From: Acidobacteriota bacterium
Lineage (GTDB): Bacteria; Acidobacteriota; Terriglobia; Versatilivoradales; Versatilivoraceae
Reading direction: 5' to 3'
Length of the DNA stretch: 64,000 nt
Assembly (NCBI GenBank): GCA_022616615.1
Contig: JAKEER010000111.1
Location: 1,478-65,477, forward strand
Part shown: piece by piece, positions 36,318 to 45,417 of the stretch
How the letters are laid out: each line of letters starts with the position of its first letter
Position numbering within the stretch: the first letter of the stretch is position 1
The notes under the pieces: generated by a model
The model's database searches: none
The model's input: only the letters and a program-made list of their open reading frames with translations
What the model was told of the DNA's origin: nothing
Translations under genes and position numbers: made by a program

Positions 36318-38345
36318 GTGTGCGGAATTGTAGGGCAAATCGGGCCTCAGGCTTGTGACGAGCAACTGCTGCTGCGCATGATGGGCATGCTCACCCATCG
36401 AGGTCCGGATGAAGCTGGGCTCTTGCTCTCTCAAGGCCTAGCGCTGGGCCATCTGCGCCTGAGCATCGTCGACCTGTGGTCTGGCCAGCAGCCGATGAGC
36501 AGCCATGACGAAAAGTTTTGGGTCGTTTTCAACGGGGAGATTTTCAACTATCCCGAACTCCGAAACGAACTCGAATCGAAGGGCCACATCTTTCGCACCC
36601 GGAGCGACACCGAGGTCCTCATTAATGGGTACCGTGAGTGGGGAATCGAGGCCCTCCACCGGTTCAACGGCCAATGGGCCTTCTGTCTTTGGGATCGCGC
36701 CGAAAACAGCTTTCTGCTAGCTCGCGACCGATGGGGAGTGCGACCCTTGTTTTACGCGCCGCTCGCCGATGGACGAACTTTAGCTTTCGCTTCTGAGTTA
36801 AAGGCATTGCTGGCTGACGAGCGCGTTTCGCGGGCGTGGTGCCCCGAGGCGCTGCGCGATGTTTTCGTGTGCTGGGTGTCTGAGTCATCTCGAACTCCGC
36901 TGCGGTCAATTCACCAGTTGCCCGCCGGACACTGCATGACCGTGCGCGCGGGAGAGTTTCAGGTGCGACAGTGGTGGTCTCTGGACTACGCACCCGACCA
37001 TGTGGAATGGGACCGCCCCGTCGAAGAGTGGTGCGAGAGCCTTCGGCACACTCTGCAACAGGCCTGTGAGATCCGCATGCGCGCTGATGTCCCAGTAGGA
37101 GCTTACCTTTCCGGCGGGCTGGACTCGAGTGTGATTGCTTTCCTGCTGCGGCAAAGCCATCCCGGAATGCAGACTTTTTCAATGACCTTTGCCGATCCTG
37201 GCTATGACGAATCACCGTTTCAAGAACTGATGGCCTCTCGTCTTGGAACCAGGCATACCGCCGTTAGAATCACGCGACAATCGATTGCAGAGCATTTTGA
37301 GCGAGTGATCTGGCATACAGAGACACCCCTCTATCGGACTGCGGCGGCGCCCATGATGCGTTTGTCAGAGGAAGTCAGATCCTCAAGCATCAAGGTCGTT
37401 CTTACCGGAGAGGGCGCCGACGAGTTGCTGGGCGGCTACGATCAATTCAAGGAAGACAAGATCCGCCGGTTCTGGGCATGCCGTCCAGACTCAGCTTGGA
37501 GGAAGAGGCTCTTGGAAAGAGTCGCGAATACGGTTCCACGGACTAACTCGCGGTCGCGCGCGTTCTGGTATGCCTTCTACGGTCAGGGACTTGATCAAAC
37601 AGAGCGGCCCGGATTCTCGCATCATCTTCGCTGGCGTAATGGGCTCAGTTTGCTGCCCCTCCTCAGCCCAGGCAGTGGTCAGAGCGGAACGGACGGCACG
37701 GGTGCGCCCCTGTTGTCGCACGACTGGATCGCTGAAATCGAGGGCACCGTCCCGTCCGGTTTCAACCAATGGAGTCCCCTCTCAAAAGCACAATATTGGG
37801 AAACGCGGCAATTGTTGTCCGGCTACTTGCTTTCCTCCCAGGGGGATCGTATGAGTATGGCGCACTCGGTTGAAGGCCGGTACCCGTTTCTCGATGTGCG
37901 TCTTTATGAACTAGCCAGGCGAATGCCGCCCGCCCTCAAACTTCGAGCGCTGACTGAGAAATTTATCCTCCGAAAGGCCTTCGCCACCGATCTACCCGCC
38001 GAAATCACTCGCCGAAGAAAGAATCCGTACCGTGCGCCAGACGCGCTGGCGCTGTACCATGGTCCACTGAAGGAGCGTTTGCTCGACAGCCTTTCTGCTT
38101 CGGGAGTAAAGCGCCGCGGCCTGTTCGACGAGATGGCGATTGAAAAACTGCTGGTTCGCGTGAGCAGTGACAACGAGGTTTCTGCGCGCGACAACATGGC
38201 GCTGGTGCTGGCTTACTCCAGCCACTTGTTTCACGATCTTTTTGTCGAGGGCTGCATCCATCCGGGCAAGCTGCCACCTGTGAGGAGTCATGTAGACCTG
38301 CGCGTGGCATCGGCTGAGGTCCTACCAACGAGAACACGATCTTAG
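36318..38345 (+). CDS. asnB: Asparagine synthase-type glutamine-hydrolysing amidotransferase
   Basis: GTG start giving the N-terminal nucleophile MCGIVG. PP-loop YLSGGLDSS. 675 aa. Confidence 0.9.
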   Translation: MCGIVGQIGPQACDEQLLLRMMGMLTHRGPDEAGLLLSQGLALGHLRLSIVDLWSGQQPMSSHDEKFWVVFNGEIFNYPELRNELESKGHIFRTRSDTEVLINGYREWGIEALHRFNGQWAFCLWDRAENSFLLARDRWGVRPLFYAPLADGRTLAFASELKALLADERVSRAWCPEALRDVFVCWVSESSRTPLRSIHQLPAGHCMTVRAGEFQVRQWWSLDYAPDHVEWDRPVEEWCESLRHTLQQACEIRMRADVPVGAYLSGGLDSSVIAFLLRQSHPGMQTFSMTFADPGYDESPFQELMASRLGTRHTAVRITRQSIAEHFERVIWHTETPLYRTAAAPMMRLSEEVRSSSIKVVLTGEGADELLGGYDQFKEDKIRRFWACRPDSAWRKRLLERVANTVPRTNSRSRAFWYAFYGQGLDQTERPGFSHHLRWRNGLSLLPLLSPGSGQSGTDGTGAPLLSHDWIAEIEGTVPSGFNQWSPLSKAQYWETRQLLSGYLLSSQGDRMSMAHSVEGRYPFLDVRLYELARRMPPALKLRALTEKFILRKAFATDLPAEITRRRKNPYRAPDALALYHGPLKERLLDSLSASGVKRRGLFDEMAIEKLLVRVSSDNEVSARDNMALVLAYSSHLFHDLFVEGCIHPGKLPPVRSHVDLRVASAEVLPTRTRS

Positions 38346-38350
38346 TTCCT

Positions 38351-38623
38351 ATGTCAGATCGCATTGTCGACGCAGTAAAGGATTTCATCCTGCAAACTAT
38401 CGTGATCGGAGTGATGGAAGACCCCCTGTCGGCCGACGATTCTTTTCTGCAGAAGGGGATCTTGGACAGCACGGGCGTATTGGAGCTGGTTGGATTTCTC
38501 GAGCGCCAATATGGCATCGCTTGCGCTGACCATGAAATCACGCCTGAGAATCTCGATACCTTGAATGCCATCGCCCGATTTGTTCAGCGCAAGCTGAATG
38601 GCCAACCCACTAGCGCCACATGA
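38351..38623 (+). CDS. Acyl carrier protein (ACP-1)
   Basis: 90 aa with a phosphopantetheine-attachment motif GILDSTGVLELV. Confidence 0.8.
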   Translation: MSDRIVDAVKDFILQTIVIGVMEDPLSADDSFLQKGILDSTGVLELVGFLERQYGIACADHEITPENLDTLNAIARFVQRKLNGQPTSAT

Positions 38624-40179
38624 TGACTGATCCAAACCACGTGTCTGACCACTCGCTGCTCGCGCCTGGCATCCTCTGTATGCAGGATCTGCTGCTGAGT
38701 TCAGCCGGCCATGCGCCAGCGAGCGTTGCCGTGAAGAGCCCTGATCAAACCTGGTCATATGAGCGCTTGCTCAAGCGATCCCGGCAATACGCTCAGACTT
38801 TGTCTCTTGCTGGCATAGTGCCAGGAGAGCGGGTTGCATTACTGATGGAGAATGGGCCGGAGTATGTGGCCGCTTACTTCGGAGTCTTCCTGGCAGGAGC
38901 GGTAGCGGTTCCTTTGGACGTGAAGGCTCAACCGGCTTGGCTCAGTATGGTTTTGACAGACTCTGAGGTAGCCGTGCTGGTTACCTTTCCTCAGCAGGTA
39001 CGGAAGATGATGACAGGCCCGCTGCGCTGTGTGGTTACTCCCTCTGCGACGCTTGGGCCAGTTCCGCCCCAGATTAAGCTCATGGACGCCGACTCGCAGC
39101 CGTGTTCGGAAATCGACTTTCGGCCCGATCCCTCCAGCCCTGCTGTGATCAATTACACCTCGGGATCTTCCGGACAGCCCAAAGGAGTGGTGATGAGCCA
39201 CCGGGCGATTCTCGCAAATACCCGCAGTATTGCGACGTATCTGGGCTTGCACAGGGAAGATCGGGTGATGCAGATTCTGCCATTTTCTTACTGCTATGGG
39301 GCATCCCTGCTGCATACGCATTTCATGGTGGGCGGCACTGTCGTTATTGACAATCGCTTCCAGTATCCAAGCGCCGTGCTGGGGCAGCTCAAGAGGTCGC
39401 GATGCACCGGATTTGCAGGAGTACCCAGCACCTTTCACACTTTGGCAGCTCGCTGCGTGCTTAGGGGCTCAGACTACCCTCACCTGCGATACGTCACGCA
39501 AGCGGGAGGAAGGATGGAGCCGGATCTGGTGGATGCTGTTCGAGAGGCAATCGCTCCGGCGCGGCTGTTTGTGATGTATGGCCAGACCGAGGCTTCTGCT
39601 CGGTTAACATACCTGGACCCGGATCGCTGGCTTGAAAAGCGAGGTAGCGTGGGCCGACCCATTCCTGGGGTGGCACTCAAGGTTGTCCAGGAGGATGGAG
39701 CGAAGGCCTCAGCCGGCGTGACAGGTGAAATCTGGGCCAGCGGCGAGAATCTGATGAACGGTTATTGGCGCCAGCCCGATGAGACGGCGCGAGTTCTCGT
39801 CGACGGTTGGCTGCGCACGGGAGATCTGGGCCATGTCGACGCAGACGGTTTTCTCTATATCAAGGGACGAGTCAGGGACCTGATTAAATGCCACGGCTAT
39901 CGCATTAGCCCAGCCGAAATAGAGGTCGTAGTGAAGCAGCACCCGGCCATCTATGACGCGGTGATTCTGGGGTTGCCGGATCCTCAGTGCGGAGAAGTGG
40001 TCTGCGTTGTCCTAGCTTTGAAGCAGGGCACCGTGCTTTCCGATGAAGAGCTGAAGCGTCATTGCAGACAGCACCTACCTCCCATCAAGGTGCCGCGGCG
40101 GATCCTCAAGGTGGAGCAATTGCCAAGGTCTTGGTCTGGAAAGCTGCAAAAGGAAGCATTGCTCAAGTTGTTTGCTTAA
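38620..40179 (+). CDS. AMP-forming acyl-CoA/acyl-ACP ligase (adenylate-forming superfamily)
   Basis: A3 motif YTSGSSGQPKGV, YGQTE, GDLG..D.DGFLYIKGRVRD. The start overlaps the ACP-1 stop (ATGA). Confidence 0.9.
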   Translation: MMTDPNHVSDHSLLAPGILCMQDLLLSSAGHAPASVAVKSPDQTWSYERLLKRSRQYAQTLSLAGIVPGERVALLMENGPEYVAAYFGVFLAGAVAVPLDVKAQPAWLSMVLTDSEVAVLVTFPQQVRKMMTGPLRCVVTPSATLGPVPPQIKLMDADSQPCSEIDFRPDPSSPAVINYTSGSSGQPKGVVMSHRAILANTRSIATYLGLHREDRVMQILPFSYCYGASLLHTHFMVGGTVVIDNRFQYPSAVLGQLKRSRCTGFAGVPSTFHTLAARCVLRGSDYPHLRYVTQAGGRMEPDLVDAVREAIAPARLFVMYGQTEASARLTYLDPDRWLEKRGSVGRPIPGVALKVVQEDGAKASAGVTGEIWASGENLMNGYWRQPDETARVLVDGWLRTGDLGHVDADGFLYIKGRVRDLIKCHGYRISPAEIEVVVKQHPAIYDAVILGLPDPQCGEVVCVVLALKQGTVLSDEELKRHCRQHLPPIKVPRRILKVEQLPRSWSGKLQKEALLKLFA

Positions 40180-40270
40180 GCGATTTTCGAACTGAGCTCA
40201 GAGGTCAGCTCTGATGTCGGGTATTTCGGGGAGTGCAACAAAGAACTTTGCTGTGCCTGCCAAGGTTCCT

Positions 40271-40564
40271 ATGAATACGGACGAAGAACAGGCTGTCATT
40301 ATTAGTGAGGTGAAGGAATACATCGTCAGACGAATCCTGGTGGGCGCTTCAGACGGACAGTTGGCTCCTAACGAGTCGTTCTTGCAGCGTGGAATTCTTA
40401 ATAGCACGGGCGTGCTAGATCTGGTCAGCTTCATTGAGACTCGCTACCTGTTTAGGTGTGCCGATGAAGAGATCACGCCGGATAACCTCGACTCGCTGAA
40501 TGCCATTGCTGCCTTCGTGCAACGCAAACTTCGTCCGGCACAGAGATCGTCTCCATCCAGATGA
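40271..40564 (+). CDS. Acyl carrier protein (ACP-2, paralogue of ACP-1)
   Basis: SFLQRGILNSTGVLDLVSFIE...ITPDNLDSLNAIAAFVQRKL aligns almost residue for residue with ACP-1. ATG at 40271 is preferred over 40214 by length match to ACP-1. Confidence 0.75.
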   Translation: MNTDEEQAVIISEVKEYIVRRILVGASDGQLAPNESFLQRGILNSTGVLDLVSFIETRYLFRCADEEITPDNLDSLNAIAAFVQRKLRPAQRSSPSR

Positions 40565-41559
40565 CTCTAAACATCCGGGCGTTAGAACTCGACTGCGAAA
40601 GGGAATGCAGCCGCATCGATGACTTCGTTCGAAACAGTGTGGTTAACGTTTTCAAGAAGAAAGGCGCGGTGGTGGCCGTCAGCGGCGGCATCGATAGCAG
40701 CACGACCGCCGCGCTTTGCGTGAGGGCCTTGGGACGGGAACATGTCTTCGCCTTATTAATGCCAGAGCGCGATTCTAGCTCCGAAAGCCTTCACTACGGC
40801 AGACGCCTCGTTCAACATCTTGGCGTTGCCTTCGAAGTGGTGGACATCGCTCCAACCCTTGAAGTTATGGGTTGTTATCGATTCCGTGACGAGGCCATTC
40901 GCGAGATTTTTCCGGAGTACTCGCAAGGATACAAAAACAAGCTTACGTTGACTTCAACAGGTGAGGCTGGATCGCGATTCGGCTTTTTTTCAGTCGTCAT
41001 TGCGGGACCTGACGGAGTCCAGAAAAAGCGGCGCCTGCCCGTCAAGAATTACTTGCAGATCCTTGCCGCAACGAACATGAAGCAGCGAACTCGCAAGTCC
41101 CTGGAATACTTCCACGCCGACCGCCTGAATTATGCCGTGGCAGGGACACCGAACTTGCTGGAACACGATCAAGGCTTTTTCGTGAGGCTGGGAGACGGAG
41201 CTGCCGACCTGAAGCCCATCGCCCATCTCTATAAGACTCAAGTATTCCAAATGGCCCGGCACCTCGGTTTGCCTGAAGACTTGGTGAACAGAAGATCCAC
41301 GACCGATACCTACAGTCTGGAGCAGACACAGGAGGAGTTCTATTTCAATGTCCCGCTGGAAAAGCTCGACCTCGTTCTGTTTGGAGTCAATCAGGGACAC
41401 GCTGCCGACGCCATCGCACTGGAAACGGGAATGCCTCCAGAGGAAGTGGAATGGATCATCAAGGACATTCGGCAGAAACGATCCTCTACGGCACCCCTCC
41501 ACCTGCAACCTCTCACGCTGATGCCTTCCAAGGCAGTTTCGTCAGAAGGATGCAGGTAA
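40561..41559 (+). CDS. NAD-synthetase-like PP-loop ATP pyrophosphatase (NadE family)
   Basis: VAVSGGIDSS PP-loop, GT.N..E, GDGAADLKPIAHLYKTQV. The start overlaps the ACP-2 stop (ATGA). Confidence 0.78.
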   Translation: MTLNIRALELDCERECSRIDDFVRNSVVNVFKKKGAVVAVSGGIDSSTTAALCVRALGREHVFALLMPERDSSSESLHYGRRLVQHLGVAFEVVDIAPTLEVMGCYRFRDEAIREIFPEYSQGYKNKLTLTSTGEAGSRFGFFSVVIAGPDGVQKKRRLPVKNYLQILAATNMKQRTRKSLEYFHADRLNYAVAGTPNLLEHDQGFFVRLGDGAADLKPIAHLYKTQVFQMARHLGLPEDLVNRRSTTDTYSLEQTQEEFYFNVPLEKLDLVLFGVNQGHAADAIALETGMPPEEVEWIIKDIRQKRSSTAPLHLQPLTLMPSKAVSSEGCR

Positions 41560-41562
41560 GAC

Positions 41563-42606
41563 ATGGCCCGATCTGTGATGACTGGAATGGCGATGCGCGG
41601 AATCGTGGCCTGCTTGCCCGAGCGTGAGGTTTTCAACGACCGTGACTACCCCTGGTTCGAAGCGGGCGAAATCCGCAAGGTGACTGCGATGGTTGGCGCC
41701 AAGTCTCATCGCGCGGCTGACGAGGCCACCTGCACCTCGGACCTCTGCAGGGCCGCCGCCGCCAAGCTGCTTGAGGGTGTGGGCTGGCAACCAAGCTCGG
41801 TTGACGGGTTGATCATGACCTCGCAGACTTTCGACTACATCATGCCTCCCACTAGCTGCCTTTTGCAGCAGGCGTTGGGCCTGCCGGAATCTTGCGCCAG
41901 CTTCGATGTGGCTCTCGGCTGCTCCGCCTATGTCTACGGGCTCTGGCTGGCCAACTCGCTGCTTGCATCAGGCGCTTGCCACCGGATTCTCCTCCTAGCC
42001 GGAGATACACCCTCGAAGTTCGTAAATCCCCACGACAGGGCCACTGCGCTGTTGTTTGGTGATGCCGGGACAGCCACAGCTCTAGAAGCAGGCAGCAACC
42101 CACCCAGCCCAGCCCACTACATCATGTACACGGACGGGAAAGGCGCGCGAGATTTGATAGTGGAGGGGGGAGGCTTCCGCAATCGCTTCCCGCAGCAGCC
42201 GGAGCAATATTGTGTCTCAATGGACGGGGGACATATCTTCGACTTTACGCGTAGCCGTGTTCCAGCGCTGATCGAAGAGATGCTTTCCTTTGTCGGCCGG
42301 CCAGCTAGCGCTTACGACCTCTTTCTGTTTCATCAGGCGAACGAGTACCTCATTAAGTTCATCGCGTCGAAGTCTGGAATCGCCTTGTCGAAAGTGCCTC
42401 TACAGATTCAACAGTTCGGCAATACGGCCGCAGCCTCAATTCCGCTGACACTGGCAGTTTCGGGCTCCCCGTCCGTTGGCGGTGGAGAGACCTTTGACGC
42501 GATGTTCCTCGGCTTCGGGGTGGGTCTTTCATGGGGAGCTGTCTCTCTGACGATTCCGCGAACCGCGTTTTTCAGCCACTTCACCCATCGTGGCTCGACT
42601 TCCTAG
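41563..42606 (+). CDS. 3-oxoacyl-ACP synthase III (FabH-like KAS III)
   Basis: Catalytic triad contexts: ALGCSAYVYG (Cys), FHQAN (His), FGNTAAASIP (Asn). Confidence 0.85.
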   Translation: MARSVMTGMAMRGIVACLPEREVFNDRDYPWFEAGEIRKVTAMVGAKSHRAADEATCTSDLCRAAAAKLLEGVGWQPSSVDGLIMTSQTFDYIMPPTSCLLQQALGLPESCASFDVALGCSAYVYGLWLANSLLASGACHRILLLAGDTPSKFVNPHDRATALLFGDAGTATALEAGSNPPSPAHYIMYTDGKGARDLIVEGGGFRNRFPQQPEQYCVSMDGGHIFDFTRSRVPALIEEMLSFVGRPASAYDLFLFHQANEYLIKFIASKSGIALSKVPLQIQQFGNTAAASIPLTLAVSGSPSVGGGETFDAMFLGFGVGLSWGAVSLTIPRTAFFSHFTHRGSTS

Positions 42607-42694
42607 ATGTTGTCAAAGCCTCTGTGAGACCGGAGTGAGTCAGATCCAGTAGCAGAGTGGAAGATCGTCAACCCTTAATGATGAAACCTAACCT

Positions 42695-42934
42695 ATGGAT
42701 ATGCAGAAAGCACTGGACTGGCTGACCGATGTTTTTACCGTGCAAGGGCGGACGTTAACTCTGAATGACACTCGCATGTCAGTAGCCGAGTGGGACTCGC
42801 TAGGCGTGTTGATGCTCTTGTCGCGGCTTGAAGAGGACCACGGTATCGTTGTCAGCGCCGATAACATGGCCAAAGTTGAGTCCGTGAAGGAAATCTGCGA
42901 TCTCTTACAGAATCATTCGGCTTTTCAAGGCTAA
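42695..42934 (+). CDS. Acyl carrier protein-like (ACP-3, divergent)
   Basis: 79 aa, four-helix-sized, with a DSL-type attachment motif (AEWDSLGVLML). Confidence 0.65.
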   Translation: MDMQKALDWLTDVFTVQGRTLTLNDTRMSVAEWDSLGVLMLLSRLEEDHGIVVSADNMAKVESVKEICDLLQNHSAFQG

Positions 42935-42942
42935 AGGAAGCC

Positions 42943-43386
42943 ATGCGATTCATTCTGGTCGACGACATCCTTGAGCTCGATCCGGCGAAACGAATCGTCG
43001 CGACGAAGTTTGTGTCGTCCGACGAGGATTACTTTCCAGACCACTTTCCAGGATACCCTGTTGTCCCAGGCGTGTTGCTAGTTGAAATGGTTGCTCAGGC
43101 TGCTGCGCGTTGCTTGCTGGCTGGGATCGATCAGACTTTATGGCCGGTTTTCCTTCAGATTCGCAACGCGAATTTTAGAAAGGCTGTCCGGCCGGAATCT
43201 CACCTAGTGATCGAAGCAACCGTCGAGTCGTGCAACCAGAAGACATCCGGAGTGAAAGGGCGAGTGCTTTGTGAAGGAGAAGTGATGGCAGACACGTCTG
43301 TCCTTCTGGGGTTCATCTCACGTTCGTTCCTTCCTTCTGACTTCGAGGATGAAGTGCTTCGCAATTATTTTCAGCGACTTCGCTAA
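42943..43386 (+). CDS. 3-hydroxyacyl-ACP dehydratase (FabZ/FabA hot-dog fold)
   Basis: DHFPGYPVVPGVLLVEMVAQ is the FabZ active-site His motif. Confidence 0.85.
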   Translation: MRFILVDDILELDPAKRIVATKFVSSDEDYFPDHFPGYPVVPGVLLVEMVAQAAARCLLAGIDQTLWPVFLQIRNANFRKAVRPESHLVIEATVESCNQKTSGVKGRVLCEGEVMADTSVLLGFISRSFLPSDFEDEVLRNYFQRLR

Positions 43387-43405
43387 TTGAGACTTGAACG
43401 TGGTT

Positions 43406-44182
43406 ATGGATAACTTCAGTGTTCGTGACAAAGTTGTTCTGGTCACAGGGGGGACACGGGGGCTTGGCCGAGCGATTTCCTTGCAATTGGCAAGTCAAGG
43501 CGCCCAGATCATTGCCGGCTATTTCCAGAATGAGACTGCAGCCGAGTCTTTCATGAGTGAGGTAGAAACTCGTGCCTATCGGTGCGCCGCAGTCAGAGCT
43601 AACCTCATGACCTCAACGGGGCTTCAAACACTGGTTGATCACATCACCATGGAACATGGCCACCTCGATGCTTTCATTCACAATGCCGCCACCGGTGTCC
43701 ACAAACCGCTGAAGGAACTCACTCAACGACACCTGTCCATAGTCTGGCAAGTCAATGTCGCGGCATTCTTCGAACTAGCCTTGAAACTCCGACCTTTAAT
43801 GGGAAAGGGCTCGCGGATTGTTGCGATCTCGTCGGAAGGAGCCTTCAAGGCTGTCGAACGCTATGGCTCAGTCGGAAGCTCCAAGGCTGCTCTGGGAGCC
43901 CTCTGCCGGCAAATGGCTGCGGAATGGGCTGTGGACGGCATTAGCGTGAACGCGGTAGCACCCGGCTTGCTGGAAACTGACACGCTATCCGTTTGGGAGG
44001 ATGCGGAGGAGAGGGTCGAAGCGGAATCTGACGCCAGCCCCTTGCGCAGGCTCGTGCGCCTGGAAGAGGTGGCTCACCTGGTTCATTTTCTTTGTTCACC
44101 GGCTTCCGAAGGCATCGTGGGGCAGACCATTGTGATCGACGGCGGAAAGTGCGTCTCTTCTCTCCCAGCAATCTCGTCGTAG
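43406..44182 (+). CDS. SDR with a Y-x6-K active site, FabL-like (probable enoyl-ACP reductase rather than ketoreductase)
   Basis: VTGGTRGLGRAI. HNAATGV..., SSEGAFKAVERYGSVGSSKAAL (Tyr and Lys separated by 6 residues). Runs colinear with my recollection of Bacillus FabL. Confidence 0.7.
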   Translation: MDNFSVRDKVVLVTGGTRGLGRAISLQLASQGAQIIAGYFQNETAAESFMSEVETRAYRCAAVRANLMTSTGLQTLVDHITMEHGHLDAFIHNAATGVHKPLKELTQRHLSIVWQVNVAAFFELALKLRPLMGKGSRIVAISSEGAFKAVERYGSVGSSKAALGALCRQMAAEWAVDGISVNAVAPGLLETDTLSVWEDAEERVEAESDASPLRRLVRLEEVAHLVHFLCSPASEGIVGQTIVIDGGKCVSSLPAISS

Positions 44183-44202
44183 TACTCGGCGCACTGCTTT
44201 CC

Positions 44203-45054
44203 AGATTGCCGGCTCAGCACAAGGCACGACTGCGCTCAACGCATTTGAAGCTGAAAAAACGTTTCGTCGAGGAATTTCTTTCCTATGGCCCCGAGGAGCT
44301 GGAAATGAGGCTGCAGAGGCTGGGAGTCGAAGCGGGTGATACGGTCTTGCTTCACAGTTCGTTTTCCTTTTTTTCTGGGTTCCGCGGGTCGCCCGGAGAA
44401 CTCATTGAGGTGTTCCTGAGAGCCGTTGGCCGGGACGGAAATCTAATGATGGTGTCGCTGCCGTATCTTTCATCCAGCTTCGAATATCTGCGAACCCTCA
44501 AGTACTTTGATGTCCGAAGGACGATTTCGCGCATGGGTCTGGTTTCCGAAACGTTCCGCCGCCAAAAGAACGTCGTCCGCAGCCTTCATCCCACCCATCC
44601 CATTTTGGCTCGGGGATCCAAGGCGGAGTGGATCGTGGCCAATCATGAGGATTGCCTTTATCCGTGCGGGCCAGGGACGCCTTTCGACAAGTTAACGCAG
44701 CTAGAAGGCAAAGCGTGCTTCTTCGATACGCCCTTTGACGCATTCACATTTTTTCATTACCTCGAAGATATGGTGCGAGATCGCTTACCGTTCTCTCTGT
44801 ACGTCAACGAGCCTTTCGACGTGGCGGTGATTGACAGTGCGGGCAAGCCAAGGACTGTTAAGACCTTCGTCTTTTCACCAGAAGCGATCCAGAGGCGCAG
44901 ATTTCCCGTGTTAGAGCGCGAGCTGAGGCTAAGAAACCTGATCAAGAGCTCAAGGATTGGCAACACCCGGCTGCACTTGATCGAGGTCAATCAGGCAGTC
45001 GCCTGCACCAGGAAAATGGCCGAACTGGGGGTCTTCTTTTATCGCATCCCGTGA
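44203..45054 (+). CDS. AAC(3)-family N-acyltransferase (Antibiotic_NAT fold), in a glycan-modification context
   Basis: LGVEAGDTVLLHSSFS...GSPGELIEVFLRAVGRDGNLMMVSLPY...RSLHPTHP...CGPGTPF. Start uncertain: TTG at 44203 or 44245, or ATG at 44305. The ORF-track ATG at 44092 overlaps the preceding gene. Confidence 0.7.
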   Translation, partial: RLPAQHKARLRSTHLKLKKRFVEEFLSYGPEELEMRLQRLGVEAGDTVLLHSSFSFFSGFRGSPGELIEVFLRAVGRDGNLMMVSLPYLSSSFEYLRTLKYFDVRRTISRMGLVSETFRRQKNVVRSLHPTHPILARGSKAEWIVANHEDCLYPCGPGTPFDKLTQLEGKACFFDTPFDAFTFFHYLEDMVRDRLPFSLYVNEPFDVAVIDSAGKPRTVKTFVFSPEAIQRRRFPVLERELRLRNLIKSSRIGNTRLHLIEVNQAVACTRKMAELGVFFYRIP

Positions 45055-45078
45055 AACTGAAGTGAGGTATCTAGCAGG

Positions 45079-45417
45079 ATGCTTTGTCACCGGTTGAGCT
45101 ACTGGAAAACGACGCTAACAGGCCTCTGTTTTTGTGTGGTTCTCGGCGGGGTAGCAAGTTATTGGCTGTTCACCGGCGATATTCGCGTGCCAGGATTGGA
45201 GAAGCCCTTCCTGAGCCCTGCCGGTCTGTACTGGGGTCCTATCGTCCTCCTCGGTTTGGCTTCCCTCTTCTGCTTGATGGTTGCTCTGGGCGGGATTCTG
45301 TGTTTACGGGCCGATTCCAGACAACTCGCGAGCTGTCTGGATGTTCGCGCTGATACCGACTCGGGGGCGTTTTCTCTTCCGAAGCCATTTCCTGATAATG
45401 AAAGCAGACAGCATTAG
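45079..45417 (+). CDS. Small two-TM membrane protein, hypothetical
   Basis: 112 aa with two clear hydrophobic helices. Overlaps the next gene by 20 nt. No family recognised. Confidence 0.35.
   Translation: MLCHRLSYWKTTLTGLCFCVVLGGVASYWLFTGDIRVPGLEKPFLSPAGLYWGPIVLLGLASLFCLMVALGGILCLRADSRQLASCLDVRADTDSGAFSLPKPFPDNESRQH

Noticed and set aside
44203-45054. AAC(3)-family gene as an aminoglycoside-resistance determinant
   Set aside because: It is embedded in and co-oriented with the ACP/FAS-like and sugar genes, with no mobile-element context. A biosynthetic N-acyltransferase role is more plausible. Resistance cannot be inferred from the fold alone.
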